Source of the DNA: Spirulina sp.
Lineage (GTDB): Bacteria; Cyanobacteriota; Cyanobacteriia; Phormidesmidales; Phormidesmidaceae
NCBI GenBank assembly: GCA_044070495.1
Contig: JBIPSI010000008.1
Span: 111,585 to 175,584 of the forward strand
DNA: 64,000 nt
Direction: 5' to 3'
The first letter of the stretch is position 1, and each line of letters opens with the position of its first letter. The position numbers and the translations under genes were made by a program. Positions 10,910-22,296 of the stretch are shown here, piece by piece. Below the pieces are notes generated by a model. That model saw only the letters and a list, made by a program, of their open reading frames with translations. It was not told the origin of the DNA and searched no databases.

Positions 10910-12340
10910 ATGACCTTCTCCTTTGCCAGCCTAGGATTGTCGGCTGCCCGTGTCAGCCACCTAGAGTCTCTGGGTTACCACGAGCCTACCGCCATCCAGG
11001 CGGAGGCCATTCCCCACCTGCTATCGGGGCGGGATCTGATTGGTCAGGCCCAGACGGGGACGGGCAAAACCGCTGCATTCTCCCTGCCGCTCATGGAGCA
11101 GGTGGATCCTAACAACCCTGCGGTTCAAGCCCTAGTGCTCACCCCCACCCGTGAGTTAGCCCTTCAGGTCTGTCAGGCCATGCGCAGCTACCGCATCCAA
11201 GGACGACCCAAAATTCTGGCCCTCTACGGTGGCCAATCCATTGATCGCCAGCAGGAACAACTGCGGCGCGGTGCCCAGATTGTGGTGGGCACCCCTGGGC
11301 GCATCCTCGACCTGCTCAACCGGGGCACTCTCTCGCTCAAAAACCTGGGCTGGCTGGTGCTCGATGAAGCCGACGAAATGCTGAATATGGGCTTCATTCA
11401 AGATGTGGAAAAAATCCTTAGCAAGGCCCCGGCCCAGCGCCAAACCGCCTTTTTCTCCGCCACCATGGCCCCGGAAATTCGGGAACTGACCACCAAGTTT
11501 CTGCAAACCCCGGTCACGGTCACCATCCAATCGGCCAAGGCTTCTCCCCGCCACATTCAGCAAATTTCCTACGTGGTGCCCCGAGGCTGGACGAAGGTAC
11601 GCGCCCTCCAGCCCATCCTCGAAATTCAGGATCCCGAGTCGGCCATTATCTTTGTGCGCACCCGCCGCACCGCTAGCGACCTGACCCGTCAGTTGCAGGC
11701 GGCTGGCTATAGCGTCGATGAGTACCATGGCGACCTCAGCCAGTCTCAGCGGGAACGGCTGCTGATGCGGTTCCGCCAGCAGCAGGTGCGCTGGGTGGTG
11801 GCCACCGATATCGCCGCCCGTGGCATCCATGTGGATGACCTCACCCACGTCATCAACTTTGACCTCCCCGACGCCGTGGAAAACTACGTGCACCGCATTG
11901 GCCGCACCGGGCGGGCCGGAAAGCCGGGGGTGGCCATTTCCCTGGTGTCGCCCCTAGAAAAGTACAAGTTGCGCCAGATTGAGCGGCAAACCAAGCAGCC
12001 CATGGTGTTTATGCAGATTCCCACCCGGGCTGAGATTGCCGCCCGTAATCTGGAGCGTCTGCGCAGCCAAGTACGCGAGGCCATTACCAGCGAACGGCTG
12101 GCCTCCTTCCTGCCCATCGTCTCTCAACTAAGCGAAGAGTACGACATCCACACCATCGCCGCCGCTGCCCTGCAAATGGCCTACGATCATACGGTACCGG
12201 CATGGCAACGCACCGACCACCAGGTGCAAGCGGAGGATGGCCACAAGGAATCGGGATCGAATAAGCCCGTCCCTGCCCCCAAAAAGCGGGTACAGCGGAA
12301 CCCTAAAAATCAGCAGCCCGTGGAGTCCTCCGGAAACTAA
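10910..12340 (+). CDS. crhR: DEAD-box RNA helicase (CrhR type)
   Basis: AQTGTGKT, PTRELA, DEAD, SAT, HRIGRTGRAG; follows rimO as in the known cyanobacterial rimO-crhR arrangement. Confidence 0.9.
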   Translation: MTFSFASLGLSAARVSHLESLGYHEPTAIQAEAIPHLLSGRDLIGQAQTGTGKTAAFSLPLMEQVDPNNPAVQALVLTPTRELALQVCQAMRSYRIQGRPKILALYGGQSIDRQQEQLRRGAQIVVGTPGRILDLLNRGTLSLKNLGWLVLDEADEMLNMGFIQDVEKILSKAPAQRQTAFFSATMAPEIRELTTKFLQTPVTVTIQSAKASPRHIQQISYVVPRGWTKVRALQPILEIQDPESAIIFVRTRRTASDLTRQLQAAGYSVDEYHGDLSQSQRERLLMRFRQQQVRWVVATDIAARGIHVDDLTHVINFDLPDAVENYVHRIGRTGRAGKPGVAISLVSPLEKYKLRQIERQTKQPMVFMQIPTRAEIAARNLERLRSQVREAITSERLASFLPIVSQLSEEYDIHTIAAAALQMAYDHTVPAWQRTDHQVQAEDGHKESGSNKPVPAPKKRVQRNPKNQQPVESSGN

Positions 12341-12481
12341 GGGCTACCTGCTTACCCTAGGGATTAGGTCGGTGTTGTTGCATTAGATTACGTATGAAAG
12401 AGCACAGCCTAAACCTTGGGGCATCCTAGAATTAGGGCAGCACGGGATCACTCCGCTGCCTATCTTGGGAGGTGTTGAGCC

Positions 12482-12682
12482 ATGTTAGTCATGATGACTG
12501 AGAACCAGATCATCTCACCCCATACGGTGTGTCAAAACTGCGTGTTGGCGGATCACAATGGTCAACCTCGCTGGCGGCACGGCAGTCTGGGCTGCGGACG
12601 CCTATTGACGGGTGGCCTAGATCACGGTCAGCCTGCCCAGTTTGAATGTCAGATGGGCTTCCGGGTTGCCAGTATCGATTGA
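12482..12682 (+). CDS. Small Cys-rich hypothetical protein
   Basis: GGAGG Shine-Dalgarno upstream; CQNC..C..C pattern in 66 aa. Confidence 0.7.
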   Translation: MLVMMTENQIISPHTVCQNCVLADHNGQPRWRHGSLGCGRLLTGGLDHGQPAQFECQMGFRVASID

Positions 12683-13125
12683 TTTCTAGCGACCGGATTC
12701 CAGCGATTGATTTCCAGCGATGAATCGCTCCAATTGTCTTGATCGTTGTCCCATCGGTTTTAGCTGGACTGGGCTAGCATCCCGATAGCGGTAAGTCCTG
12801 TGGGTGAGCCGTTTTCTGTGTGCTGTCCTAGGGTCATAAAACTAGGGTTATAAAAGGGAGGGGCTCTGGGGCGCGTTCTTCCCCTCGGCTATGGGCAGGG
12901 CTGGGCGAAGAATCCTGAGAGAGTCTTGGCCTGGCGGTGGGGCATGGATTTTTGTAACGCTGTGTGAACATTAAGCTGCATGAACGACTGGGCCAGAATT
13001 GGCTAGGCCATGACCGAATGTGTTACCAGTAGGAATACTGGCGGAATGCCTGTGCTGCTTGACTGAAGCACTTTTCGGCCAATTGTTAAAACGTGAATTT
13101 AAACCGCTTTAAAACCTTTGAGTTC

Positions 13126-14565
13126 ATGCCAGTTGTTCCTTACTGCTTGCCTAGCCGCCAGGATCTGCAATCTGTTCAGCCCTTTGTTAACGAATGTTTA
13201 GGTCGGGTGGGACAGGGGTATGGGCCACAGGTTGCCAGCCTCAGCTTTGCCATTCCGGCCATGGATCCCCTGCTGGCCTTGGCTCCCTTGGCCCACCGGC
13301 AGGGCTATCACCTCTACTTAGAACAGGCTTCGGCTCAAGAGGCGGTGGTGGCCTTTGGGCAGGCGGTGGCCGGACAGTTTTTTGGTGAAGACCGCTTTGC
13401 GGCAACCCATCGTTTTATCGAATCCTGGCAGCAAAACCTCCACAGCTACCAGGACGAAGACTTGGCGGGGGTACCCCTGGCCCCACGCTTCTTCTGTAGT
13501 TTTAGCTTTTTCTCCCAACCTTCCCAAGGCCAGATCGAGTTTCCGGCGGCGATGGTGGTGCTACCCCAGTGGCAGATTCTTCGGCGGGGCAGCCTCCATG
13601 TGCTGACAGTGAATTTGCTCCTCACCCCCGAAACCACCCTGGGTAGCGTGCTCAAAACCCTAGAGGATCGCCTTGCCACCGTCCAAGGGTTACCCCAAAC
13701 CTATCCCAACCCCTACGCACCGCCCCGTTCCCTGGCCCTCAGCGACGGCATGGCATGGCCCGACGCCTTGGCCAGTCATCACTTTCAGGACTCTGTGACC
13801 CAAGCCCTACGGCACCTTGACCACCACATCCAAAAAATTGTGCTGGCCCACGCCTTTGACATGGTGCGGGAGACACCCTTTCAGGTGTTGCCCTCTCTAG
13901 CCAAGCTGCGCCAGCGCTACCCCGATTGCTACGTGTTTGCGGTGGGCAATGGACGGGGGAGTACCTTTATGGGGGCCAGCCCAGAACGGCTGCTGAGCAT
14001 CGCCCACCACCAGTTGATGACCGATGCCCTAGCCGGATCGGCTCCCCGTGGTCGCAGCGCCCAGGAGGATCGCCAATTGGCCCTGCAATTGCTGCATAGC
14101 CCTAAGGAACAGGGAGAGCATCAACTGGTGGTCAAGTTTCTAAATCAGCGGCTGCGGGGGCTAGGGCTGCAACCCCAATACCCCACCCGCCCCACTCTGC
14201 TGCGACTGTCTAATATTCAGCATCTGCATACCCCCATTCAGGCACGGGTGGCCAGCTACATCCACCCCCTGCATTTGGTGGAAGCCCTGCACCCGACCCC
14301 CGCCGTGGCTGGGGTGCCCACCGCCACCGCCTGCGAGCATATCCATCGCTACGAAGGGTTTGACCGGGGGCTGTATGCGGCCCCCCTGGGCTGGGTGGGC
14401 ACGAACGGGGACAGTGAATTTATTGTGGGGATTCGCTCGGCCCTGATTAGCGGCAACTGGGCCAGATTGTACGCCGGGGCTGGTATTGTGGCAGGATCTG
14501 ACCCGGCGCGGGAGTGGGCGGAAATTAACCTCAAATCCCGTGCCCTGGGCGAATCTCTGGTGTAG
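13126..14565 (+). CDS. menF: Isochorismate synthase
   Basis: KIVLA, GASPERL, ALAGS, LHPTPAV, YAGAGIV; adjacent to menD. Confidence 0.92.
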   Translation: MPVVPYCLPSRQDLQSVQPFVNECLGRVGQGYGPQVASLSFAIPAMDPLLALAPLAHRQGYHLYLEQASAQEAVVAFGQAVAGQFFGEDRFAATHRFIESWQQNLHSYQDEDLAGVPLAPRFFCSFSFFSQPSQGQIEFPAAMVVLPQWQILRRGSLHVLTVNLLLTPETTLGSVLKTLEDRLATVQGLPQTYPNPYAPPRSLALSDGMAWPDALASHHFQDSVTQALRHLDHHIQKIVLAHAFDMVRETPFQVLPSLAKLRQRYPDCYVFAVGNGRGSTFMGASPERLLSIAHHQLMTDALAGSAPRGRSAQEDRQLALQLLHSPKEQGEHQLVVKFLNQRLRGLGLQPQYPTRPTLLRLSNIQHLHTPIQARVASYIHPLHLVEALHPTPAVAGVPTATACEHIHRYEGFDRGLYAAPLGWVGTNGDSEFIVGIRSALISGNWARLYAGAGIVAGSDPAREWAEINLKSRALGESLV

Positions 14566-14577
14566 TGCGCGGTTTCC

Positions 14578-16509
14578 ATGACCTTCGACTTTCGCAATAG
14601 GAATACCCTGTGGGCCTCGGTGCTGGTGGGCACCCTGGCCCGGTTGGGCCTCACCACAGCGGTGATCTCTCCCGGTTCTCGATCCACACCGCTGACCGTC
14701 GCCTTTGCCAACGATCCGAGCATTGAGGCCATTCCCGTTTTAGATGAACGTTCCGCCGCCTTCTTTGCCCTCGGCATCGCCAAACGAACGGGACTGCCGG
14801 TAGCCCTGGTCTGCACCTCCGGCACCGCTGGGGCCAACTACTACCCAGCCATTATCGAAGCCAGGGAGAGCCAGGTGCCGCTGTTGGTGTTCACCGCCGA
14901 CCGCCCCCCCGAACTGCGGGACTGCGCCTCTGGCCAAACCATCGATCAACAAAAGCTGTTTGGCGATTTTCCCCAGGGATACACCGAACTAGCCGTCCCA
15001 GCGGCGGATCTGGGCCTGCTGCGCTACCTACGACAAACCCTGGTGCAGGCGTGGCGACAGAGCCTCTATCCGGCCCCTGGCCCTGTCCACCTGAATTGCC
15101 CTTTTCGGGATCCTCTGGCTCCGATCAGCGATGGTTCTACCGAACACCTGCGGGAGGTTTTGAATCAGGACTTTTGGAGGGGGTTAGCGCCCCTTGGCCC
15201 GGACGGCCCTCACCCCGTGGGAGAGGGGCCGGGGGTGAGGGCGGCTCCCTCAGAAGAGAAGTCGGGGGTGAGGGCCAAACCTTGGTCGCCTATCGTTTCG
15301 ATGACCGCCACTATCCACGCCGATCTCCTATCAACTTGGCAAAGCAGTGATCGTGGCCTCATCATCGCTGGCCCCGCTCAACCTGTAGACGCTGAGGGTT
15401 ACTGTCAATCCGTTGCGGCCCTAACCCAAAGCCTTCAGTGGCCGATTTTGGCAGATACCCTTTCTCCCCTGCGCCATGCCGCCAAGCTCAATCCTTACCT
15501 AGTCACCACCTACGACGCCATTTTGCGCCAAGAGGCTTGGGCGACGGATTTGCAACCCAGCCAGGTGATTCAGCTTGGGCCGTTGCCCACCAGTAAGGTG
15601 CTGCGGCAGTGGTTAGAGCGTCATAACCATCGCCGTTGGGTGATTGACCCAGCCAGCCGCAACCTCGACCCCTTGCATGGCCTGACCACCCATCTGCCGC
15701 TGACCGTGACAGATTTGGCGGTCAATGTGGCGAATTTCATCGCTAGTTCCAGCCCCATCTCCCCGATCAACCTGGCCAATCGTAGGGGCGGGGTCTCCCC
15801 GTCCGAGCATCATCCAACTGGAGATGACCTCATCTCCGACCAACGCACCAGCCCTGCTATCTATGGGAACCTGTGGCTGACCCTAGATCGCAAGGTGCGA
15901 CAACACTTGGATCAGTCCCTAGCGGCGATGACGGACTTATTTGAGGGCAAAGTGCCTTGGCTGATGGGCCAGCACCTACCCCAGGGCACAGCGGTGGTGA
16001 TCTCGAATAGTATGCCGATTCGCGATGCGGAGTGGTTTTGGCCGCCCAACCAGCACCACCTGCGAATTTTTGGCAACCGGGGAGCCAACGGCATTGATGG
16101 CACCCTTTCCACCGCCCTCGGCATTGCCCAGCGGGGGGCACCCACCGTTCTGTTAACGGGGGATTTGGCCCTGCTTCACGACACCAACGGCTGGCTGAAT
16201 GTGCCTCGCCTGCAAGGGCATTTGACCGTGGTGTTGATCAACAACCAGGGCGGCGGCATTTTTGAAATGCTTCCCATCGCCCAGTTTGACCCTCCCTTTG
16301 AAGACTTCTTTGCCACCCCCCAAACCGTAGACTGGAACCACCTCTGCGCCGCCTACGGGGTGAACTACGAGCGCATCAAAACCTGGAGCCAGTTGCAGTC
16401 CCGCCTAGGGTTTTTGCCTTCCCAGGGGGTGCGGGTACTGGAGGTGCGCTGTGATCGCAAACAATCCACCCAAATCCGGCAAGCCCTGCTCCAGGAACCC
16501 ATCGGCTAA
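14578..16509 (+). CDS. menD: SEPHCHC synthase (ThDP-dependent), with two repeat-derived in-frame insertions
   Basis: SPGSRSTPL, DERSAAFFALG, TSGTA, NRGANGIDG, GDLALLHD, NNQGGGIF. Confidence 0.95.
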   Translation: MTFDFRNRNTLWASVLVGTLARLGLTTAVISPGSRSTPLTVAFANDPSIEAIPVLDERSAAFFALGIAKRTGLPVALVCTSGTAGANYYPAIIEARESQVPLLVFTADRPPELRDCASGQTIDQQKLFGDFPQGYTELAVPAADLGLLRYLRQTLVQAWRQSLYPAPGPVHLNCPFRDPLAPISDGSTEHLREVLNQDFWRGLAPLGPDGPHPVGEGPGVRAAPSEEKSGVRAKPWSPIVSMTATIHADLLSTWQSSDRGLIIAGPAQPVDAEGYCQSVAALTQSLQWPILADTLSPLRHAAKLNPYLVTTYDAILRQEAWATDLQPSQVIQLGPLPTSKVLRQWLERHNHRRWVIDPASRNLDPLHGLTTHLPLTVTDLAVNVANFIASSSPISPINLANRRGGVSPSEHHPTGDDLISDQRTSPAIYGNLWLTLDRKVRQHLDQSLAAMTDLFEGKVPWLMGQHLPQGTAVVISNSMPIRDAEWFWPPNQHHLRIFGNRGANGIDGTLSTALGIAQRGAPTVLLTGDLALLHDTNGWLNVPRLQGHLTVVLINNQGGGIFEMLPIAQFDPPFEDFFATPQTVDWNHLCAAYGVNYERIKTWSQLQSRLGFLPSQGVRVLEVRCDRKQSTQIRQALLQEPIG

Positions 16510-16519
16510 GGGAATCTGA

Positions 16520-16548
16520 GGTTGGGGCGCACAGCGGTGCGCCCGTAC
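16520..16548. repeat. REP-like palindrome
   Basis: Reverse complement GTACGGGCGCACCGCTGTGCGCCCCAACC, 28/29 identical to 61059-61087. Confidence 0.75.
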
Positions 16549-16556
16549 GGGGGGGA

Positions 16557-16910
16557 TTAGCTGCCCAATTTGAAGGCTTCCACAATCAGGGCGTAGGTGC
16601 CCCCTAGCTTGATGCTGTTGAGGCAGTCTAGCCATAGCGGTCTGGGCACCTTGCGCACGAGGGCCGGATCCCGCCAGCGACGGCTATAGACCAACCAGCT
16701 AATCGCCTCCGCCCCTAGCACCAAAAACAGCGACACCGTCACATCTTGAACCGCTGCCTGCCCCGCAATGGCCGATAGCGCCACCGCCGCAAAGTAGCCG
16801 CCCAACAAGCTAATAATCACTAGGGAAACCCGCCGCCAGGGGTTAATCAACCACAGGCTGAGCTGATCGCCTAATTCGTCAAACAGGAGGCTAAGGCGAG
16901 TGCGTTGCAT
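16557..16910 (-). CDS. DUF565/Ycf20-family membrane protein
   Basis: MQRTRL..NPWRR..and C-terminal EAFKLGS motif. Confidence 0.85.
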   Translation of the reverse strand: MQRTRLSLLFDELGDQLSLWLINPWRRVSLVIISLLGGYFAAVALSAIAGQAAVQDVTVSLFLVLGAEAISWLVYSRRWRDPALVRKVPRPLWLDCLNSIKLGGTYALIVEAFKLGS

Positions 16911-17132
16911 GGCTAAAGGCAGAACTCGGCGGCATGGGGCAAAACAATGAGGTAAGCGTTAGGCCAGAGAACAGCTTCTATGGTAGGCCGTTTGTCTGCC
17001 CAGAATCTTTATTTTCTGCGCTTCTAGACAGGAAAGTTCGATTGCCCTAGGAACATGGCCCAACCAAGACACCTCGCAGGCCCAAACCCTGAGACGCAGA
17101 CTAATCCTGGGGGAAAGCAATGGAGCCTAGTC

Positions 17133-18278
17133 CTAGGGGTGATCCGTCGGGGTGGAGATAGCAGGGGCATCGGCCAGGGAGGGGCTGGGGGCAGCGGTGT
17201 CTGAGATCACATCCTCCATCACCTCCTCAATGGCGGCTTCGACCGCTTCAATCGCCTCCTCCACGGTCAATTCTAGGGAGGACTCAACCGCTTCGGCGGC
17301 TTGGCCAAGACTGGCTACCCAGGCGGCGATTTGTTCCCGCTGGTTCACCAGGTAGACGCTAATTAGCGTGAACACCACGCCAATCCACTGAAACTGGCTG
17401 AGTCGTTCCCCTAAAAACAGGCTACTAAACAGCAGGGCAAAGACGGGGGTAAGAAAAATTAAGGCGCTGACGCTGGTCATGTTGCCCACCGCCGCCAGGT
17501 AGAAAAAGATGCCGTAGGTGACGGCGGTACCAAATAGCGTGGCATAGCCCAGGCCCAGCCAGTCTAGGGGTTGCAGGGCCGAGACCTGCCCCACCTCCCA
17601 CAGTCCCGACAGCAGCAGCAGCGGCAGCCCGCCCAGAATCATATGCCAGCCCGTAGCCACCACGGGGTCGGTGTGTTGCTTCACGTAGCGCACAATGATG
17701 GTGCCGACAGACATGGACAGGGCCGCCATCAGCATCAAAAATTCGCCGCTGGCCAGCAGCCCCTCCAAGCTAAAGGCAGTGCCAGCTCCGGCATTCAAGA
17801 CCGCCAGGGGCGATTGAAACAGCGTCTCTAGCCATGGCCCAGGCAAGCCACAGAGACAGATTCCGGCAATGCCCACCGCCAGCCCCAGCCAGCCCCACAG
17901 GCCGATAAATTCTGCAAACAACAGCCGCGACAGCAAGGCCACCACCAAAGGCTGCGCGTCGATCAGCACCGCCCCCAAGCCCGCCCCAGTTTTCACTAGA
18001 CCCGTGGTCAAAAAGCCCTGGAACATCGCCCCATCAATCACAGAGAACAGGGCAATCCACAGCCAGCCCTGGAGGGTTTTGGGCTGGGGCAGCTTCAGCA
18101 CCGCCGCTAGGATTAGAATCATCACCCCGGCGGGCAAGAGCCGAAAAGCGGCCAAAAACAGCGGTGTGGTGTGGGGGATAATCAGCTTCATCACCACCAT
18201 GGCCGTGCCCAGGAAAAAGAAGGGGGCTAGCAAAAAGAGCGGCGACTTGACGAGCTTCTCCTGGGCCATGGCAGACAT
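17133..18278 (-). CDS. DMT/EamA-family transporter with acidic C-terminal tail
   Basis: About ten hydrophobic segments in two EamA-like halves. Confidence 0.85.
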   Translation of the reverse strand: MSAMAQEKLVKSPLFLLAPFFFLGTAMVVMKLIIPHTTPLFLAAFRLLPAGVMILILAAVLKLPQPKTLQGWLWIALFSVIDGAMFQGFLTTGLVKTGAGLGAVLIDAQPLVVALLSRLLFAEFIGLWGWLGLAVGIAGICLCGLPGPWLETLFQSPLAVLNAGAGTAFSLEGLLASGEFLMLMAALSMSVGTIIVRYVKQHTDPVVATGWHMILGGLPLLLLSGLWEVGQVSALQPLDWLGLGYATLFGTAVTYGIFFYLAAVGNMTSVSALIFLTPVFALLFSSLFLGERLSQFQWIGVVFTLISVYLVNQREQIAAWVASLGQAAEAVESSLELTVEEAIEAVEAAIEEVMEDVISDTAAPSPSLADAPAISTPTDHP

Positions 18279-18498
18279 AGACTTCTCTGGGAATTTGCGG
18301 CCCGATCTTACCCCTCGCCTGGCTCCCTAAACGGTAATTTAGTGAACACAATCGTCCCCTGGAGGCATCGCCCCAGGCAGAGATGTCCAGCTTTCCTAGG
18401 GCGAAGGTGTTCGGATCAGGACGCATAAAGGGCGGATCGATGTAACGGAGGGCTGTCAGTATAGATACAGCCTGGATAGGGAATGTTGAGGAGAACCA

Positions 18499-19683
18499 AT
18501 GGAACGAGAGGAAGTTCTGACCCAGGGTGTATTCCCAGGACGGAGAGGATTGCGGGGAATACTGCTGCTCATGGGCTTGGTGCTGATGCTGGGCAGTTGC
18601 GCCATTCCCCAAATTAAGGCCGAAGAACGCCTGTTTCTGCCCCTCTCGGCGGAGGTGCTGGATGTCTATACCCTGCCGTCCCAGGAGTTTCAGGGCACCA
18701 CCGTGGGCGGCTTATCGGCCCTCGCCTACGACCGCTCTGTGGATCAGTTCTATGCCCTCTCCGACGACCGGGGGCGCTACGGCCCACCCCGATTTTATGA
18801 GCTGGCGATGGTCTTTGAGGTCGATGAAGACGGTCAGCCTCGGTTTAAGGACGTTTCTATCGAGTCCGTGACCCCCCTGACCGATGCCGAGGGCAATCCC
18901 TATCCCCAAGGGCAGCTTGACCCGGAGGGCTTTGCCCTGTCCCCCAGAAACACGGTACTAGTCAGCAGTGAGGGCGACATCGACCAAGGGATTCCACCCT
19001 TTCTGGGTGAGTTTGATCGAGAAACAGGGCGGCTGGTCACCTCGTTTCGTATTCCGGATCGGTTCCTGCCCGATGATGCCGATCCACCCACCCAGGGCGT
19101 CCGCAACAACCTCAGCTTCGAGTCCCTAACCATCAACGCTGCACCGAGTACCGCTGGACAAACGGAACCCTTTCGTCTGTTTATCGCCACCGAATCAGCC
19201 CTGGTGCAGGATTACGAATCTGACCCGGCCCAACCCCTCCAAAGTCGCTTTTTACACTATTTATTAGGGGAAGATCAGTCCACCCTGATTGCCGAACACG
19301 CCTACCCCCTGGATTTGGAACCCTCCGGGGCGGTGGTCAATGGCCTGACAGAACTGCTGCTGCTGGATCAGGGCGGTCACTTCCTGGGTCTGGAACGGGC
19401 GTTTGGTCTGCGGGGATTCAACGTGCGGCTGTATCAACTGGCCACGGGTGGGGCAACAGATATCTCCACCATCGCCAGCCTACGGGGGGCTGAGGGCATT
19501 TCACCCATCCGTAAGCAATTGGTACTAGATTTTGCTGACACAACGGTTCCCGTAGATAACCTGGAGGGCATGACCCTAGGCCCACGATTGCCCGACGGTA
19601 GCCAGAGTTTGATGGTGGTTAGCGACAACAACTTTGAGACCAACCGCCCCACACAGTTCATTTTGCTGCGTTTGCGAGGATGA
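18499..19683 (+). CDS. Esterase-like activity of phytase family lipoprotein
   Basis: Lipobox LGSC, GGLSAL, LSDDRG, DPEG, DNLEGM, VSDNNF. Confidence 0.82.
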   Translation: MEREEVLTQGVFPGRRGLRGILLLMGLVLMLGSCAIPQIKAEERLFLPLSAEVLDVYTLPSQEFQGTTVGGLSALAYDRSVDQFYALSDDRGRYGPPRFYELAMVFEVDEDGQPRFKDVSIESVTPLTDAEGNPYPQGQLDPEGFALSPRNTVLVSSEGDIDQGIPPFLGEFDRETGRLVTSFRIPDRFLPDDADPPTQGVRNNLSFESLTINAAPSTAGQTEPFRLFIATESALVQDYESDPAQPLQSRFLHYLLGEDQSTLIAEHAYPLDLEPSGAVVNGLTELLLLDQGGHFLGLERAFGLRGFNVRLYQLATGGATDISTIASLRGAEGISPIRKQLVLDFADTTVPVDNLEGMTLGPRLPDGSQSLMVVSDNNFETNRPTQFILLRLRG

Positions 19684-19835
19684 CGGCGAACGGGCGAGTT
19701 TTTCCTTGAAGCGGCCATAAACTGCCCTGAATAAATCGCCGTGAAACCGTATTTGGCTTTACGGATAATTCAAGATCGGTGGTTTACAGGGTCGCTAAAA
19801 CTGGTAGATTGTCTTGGTATCAGCAACGAGAATGA

Positions 19836-20999
<1,164 letters not shown>

Positions 21000-21076
21000 T
21001 CCACGTTGGGGTCAGTGTTCCACCAGGGCACTGACCTCTCTTTAAACATTCTTTTTCCCCTAGCCCCCGGTTTCCC

Positions 21077-22210
21077 ATGCGAATTGCTCTCTTTACCGAG
21101 ACCTTTTTGCCCAAGGTTGATGGCATTGTCACCCGTCTCAAGCACACCGTTGATCATCTCCAGCGTCAGGGCAATCAGGTTTTGGTGTTTTCCCCAGAGG
21201 GAGGCCTGACCGAATATCGCGGGGCCAAGATTCATGGGGTGTCTGGCTTTCCATTGCCGCTCTATCCCGAACTCAAACTAGCCCTGCCCCGTCCCTCCAT
21301 TGGGGAAGCCCTGGATCGCTTTCGCCCTGACCTCATCCATGTGGTCAACCCGGCGGTGCTTGGCTTGGCTGGCATTTACTACAGCAAAACCCTGGATGTG
21401 CCCCTGGTGGCCTCCTACCACACCCACCTGCCCAAATACCTAGAGCACTACGGCCTGGGAATGCTGGAAGGGGTGATGTGGGAACTGATTAAGGCCATGC
21501 ACAACCAGGCTCGCATCAACCTAGTCACCTCCACCGCCATGCAAACCGAACTGTCGGAGCATGGCGTGGAGCGCATCGACGTATGGCAGCGGGGCGTGGA
21601 TACCGAACTCTTCCGGCCTGAGCTAGCCAGCGCATCCATGCGGGATCGGCTCTCTCAAGGGCATCCCGAAGCGCCCCTGCTCCTCTATATCGGACGCCTT
21701 TCCGCCGAAAAAGAAATCGACCGCATCAAGCCCATCCTGCAAGCCATCCCCGGTGCGCGGCTGGCCCTAGTGGGCGATGGCCCCTACCGGACGGAACTCG
21801 AAGCCCACTTTGCTGATACGCCCACCAACTTTGTCGGCTACCTAGCGGGTGAAGATCTCGCCTCGGCCTATGCGTCGGCAGATGCTTTTGTGTTCCCCTC
21901 CCGCACCGAAACCCTCGGCCTAGTGCTGCTAGAAGCCATGGCGGCGGGCTGTCCTGTGGTAGCGGCTAACTCCGGCGGCATTCCCGATATCGTCACCGAC
22001 GGGGTAAACGGCTTTTTGTTTGATCCCAAGGACGATGAAGGGGCGATCAACGCCACCCGCCGCCTAATCGAAGCCACCGCCGAACGGGAAACCATGCGCC
22101 AAAACGCCGTCGCCGAAGCCGAACAATGGGGCTGGGCCGCCGCCACCCGTCAGCTTCAGCAGTTCTACCGCAAAGTCCTCGCCGAGACCTCCCTGCCCAT
22201 GGCCGCGTAG
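21077..22210 (+). CDS. sqdX: Sulfoquinovosyl transferase (GT4)
   Basis: MRIALFTETFLPKVDGIVTRL; ETLGLVLLEAMAAG; directly after sqdB. Confidence 0.92.
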   Translation: MRIALFTETFLPKVDGIVTRLKHTVDHLQRQGNQVLVFSPEGGLTEYRGAKIHGVSGFPLPLYPELKLALPRPSIGEALDRFRPDLIHVVNPAVLGLAGIYYSKTLDVPLVASYHTHLPKYLEHYGLGMLEGVMWELIKAMHNQARINLVTSTAMQTELSEHGVERIDVWQRGVDTELFRPELASASMRDRLSQGHPEAPLLLYIGRLSAEKEIDRIKPILQAIPGARLALVGDGPYRTELEAHFADTPTNFVGYLAGEDLASAYASADAFVFPSRTETLGLVLLEAMAAGCPVVAANSGGIPDIVTDGVNGFLFDPKDDEGAINATRRLIEATAERETMRQNAVAEAEQWGWAAATRQLQQFYRKVLAETSLPMAA

Positions 22211-22296
22211 CCATGGACTGAACCGAGGTGAACGAGGCGTGAGAAGTCCGCTGGACTGAAGAATCTAGTTGGCTTGGGGTAAAGGAAATTGCGCGT

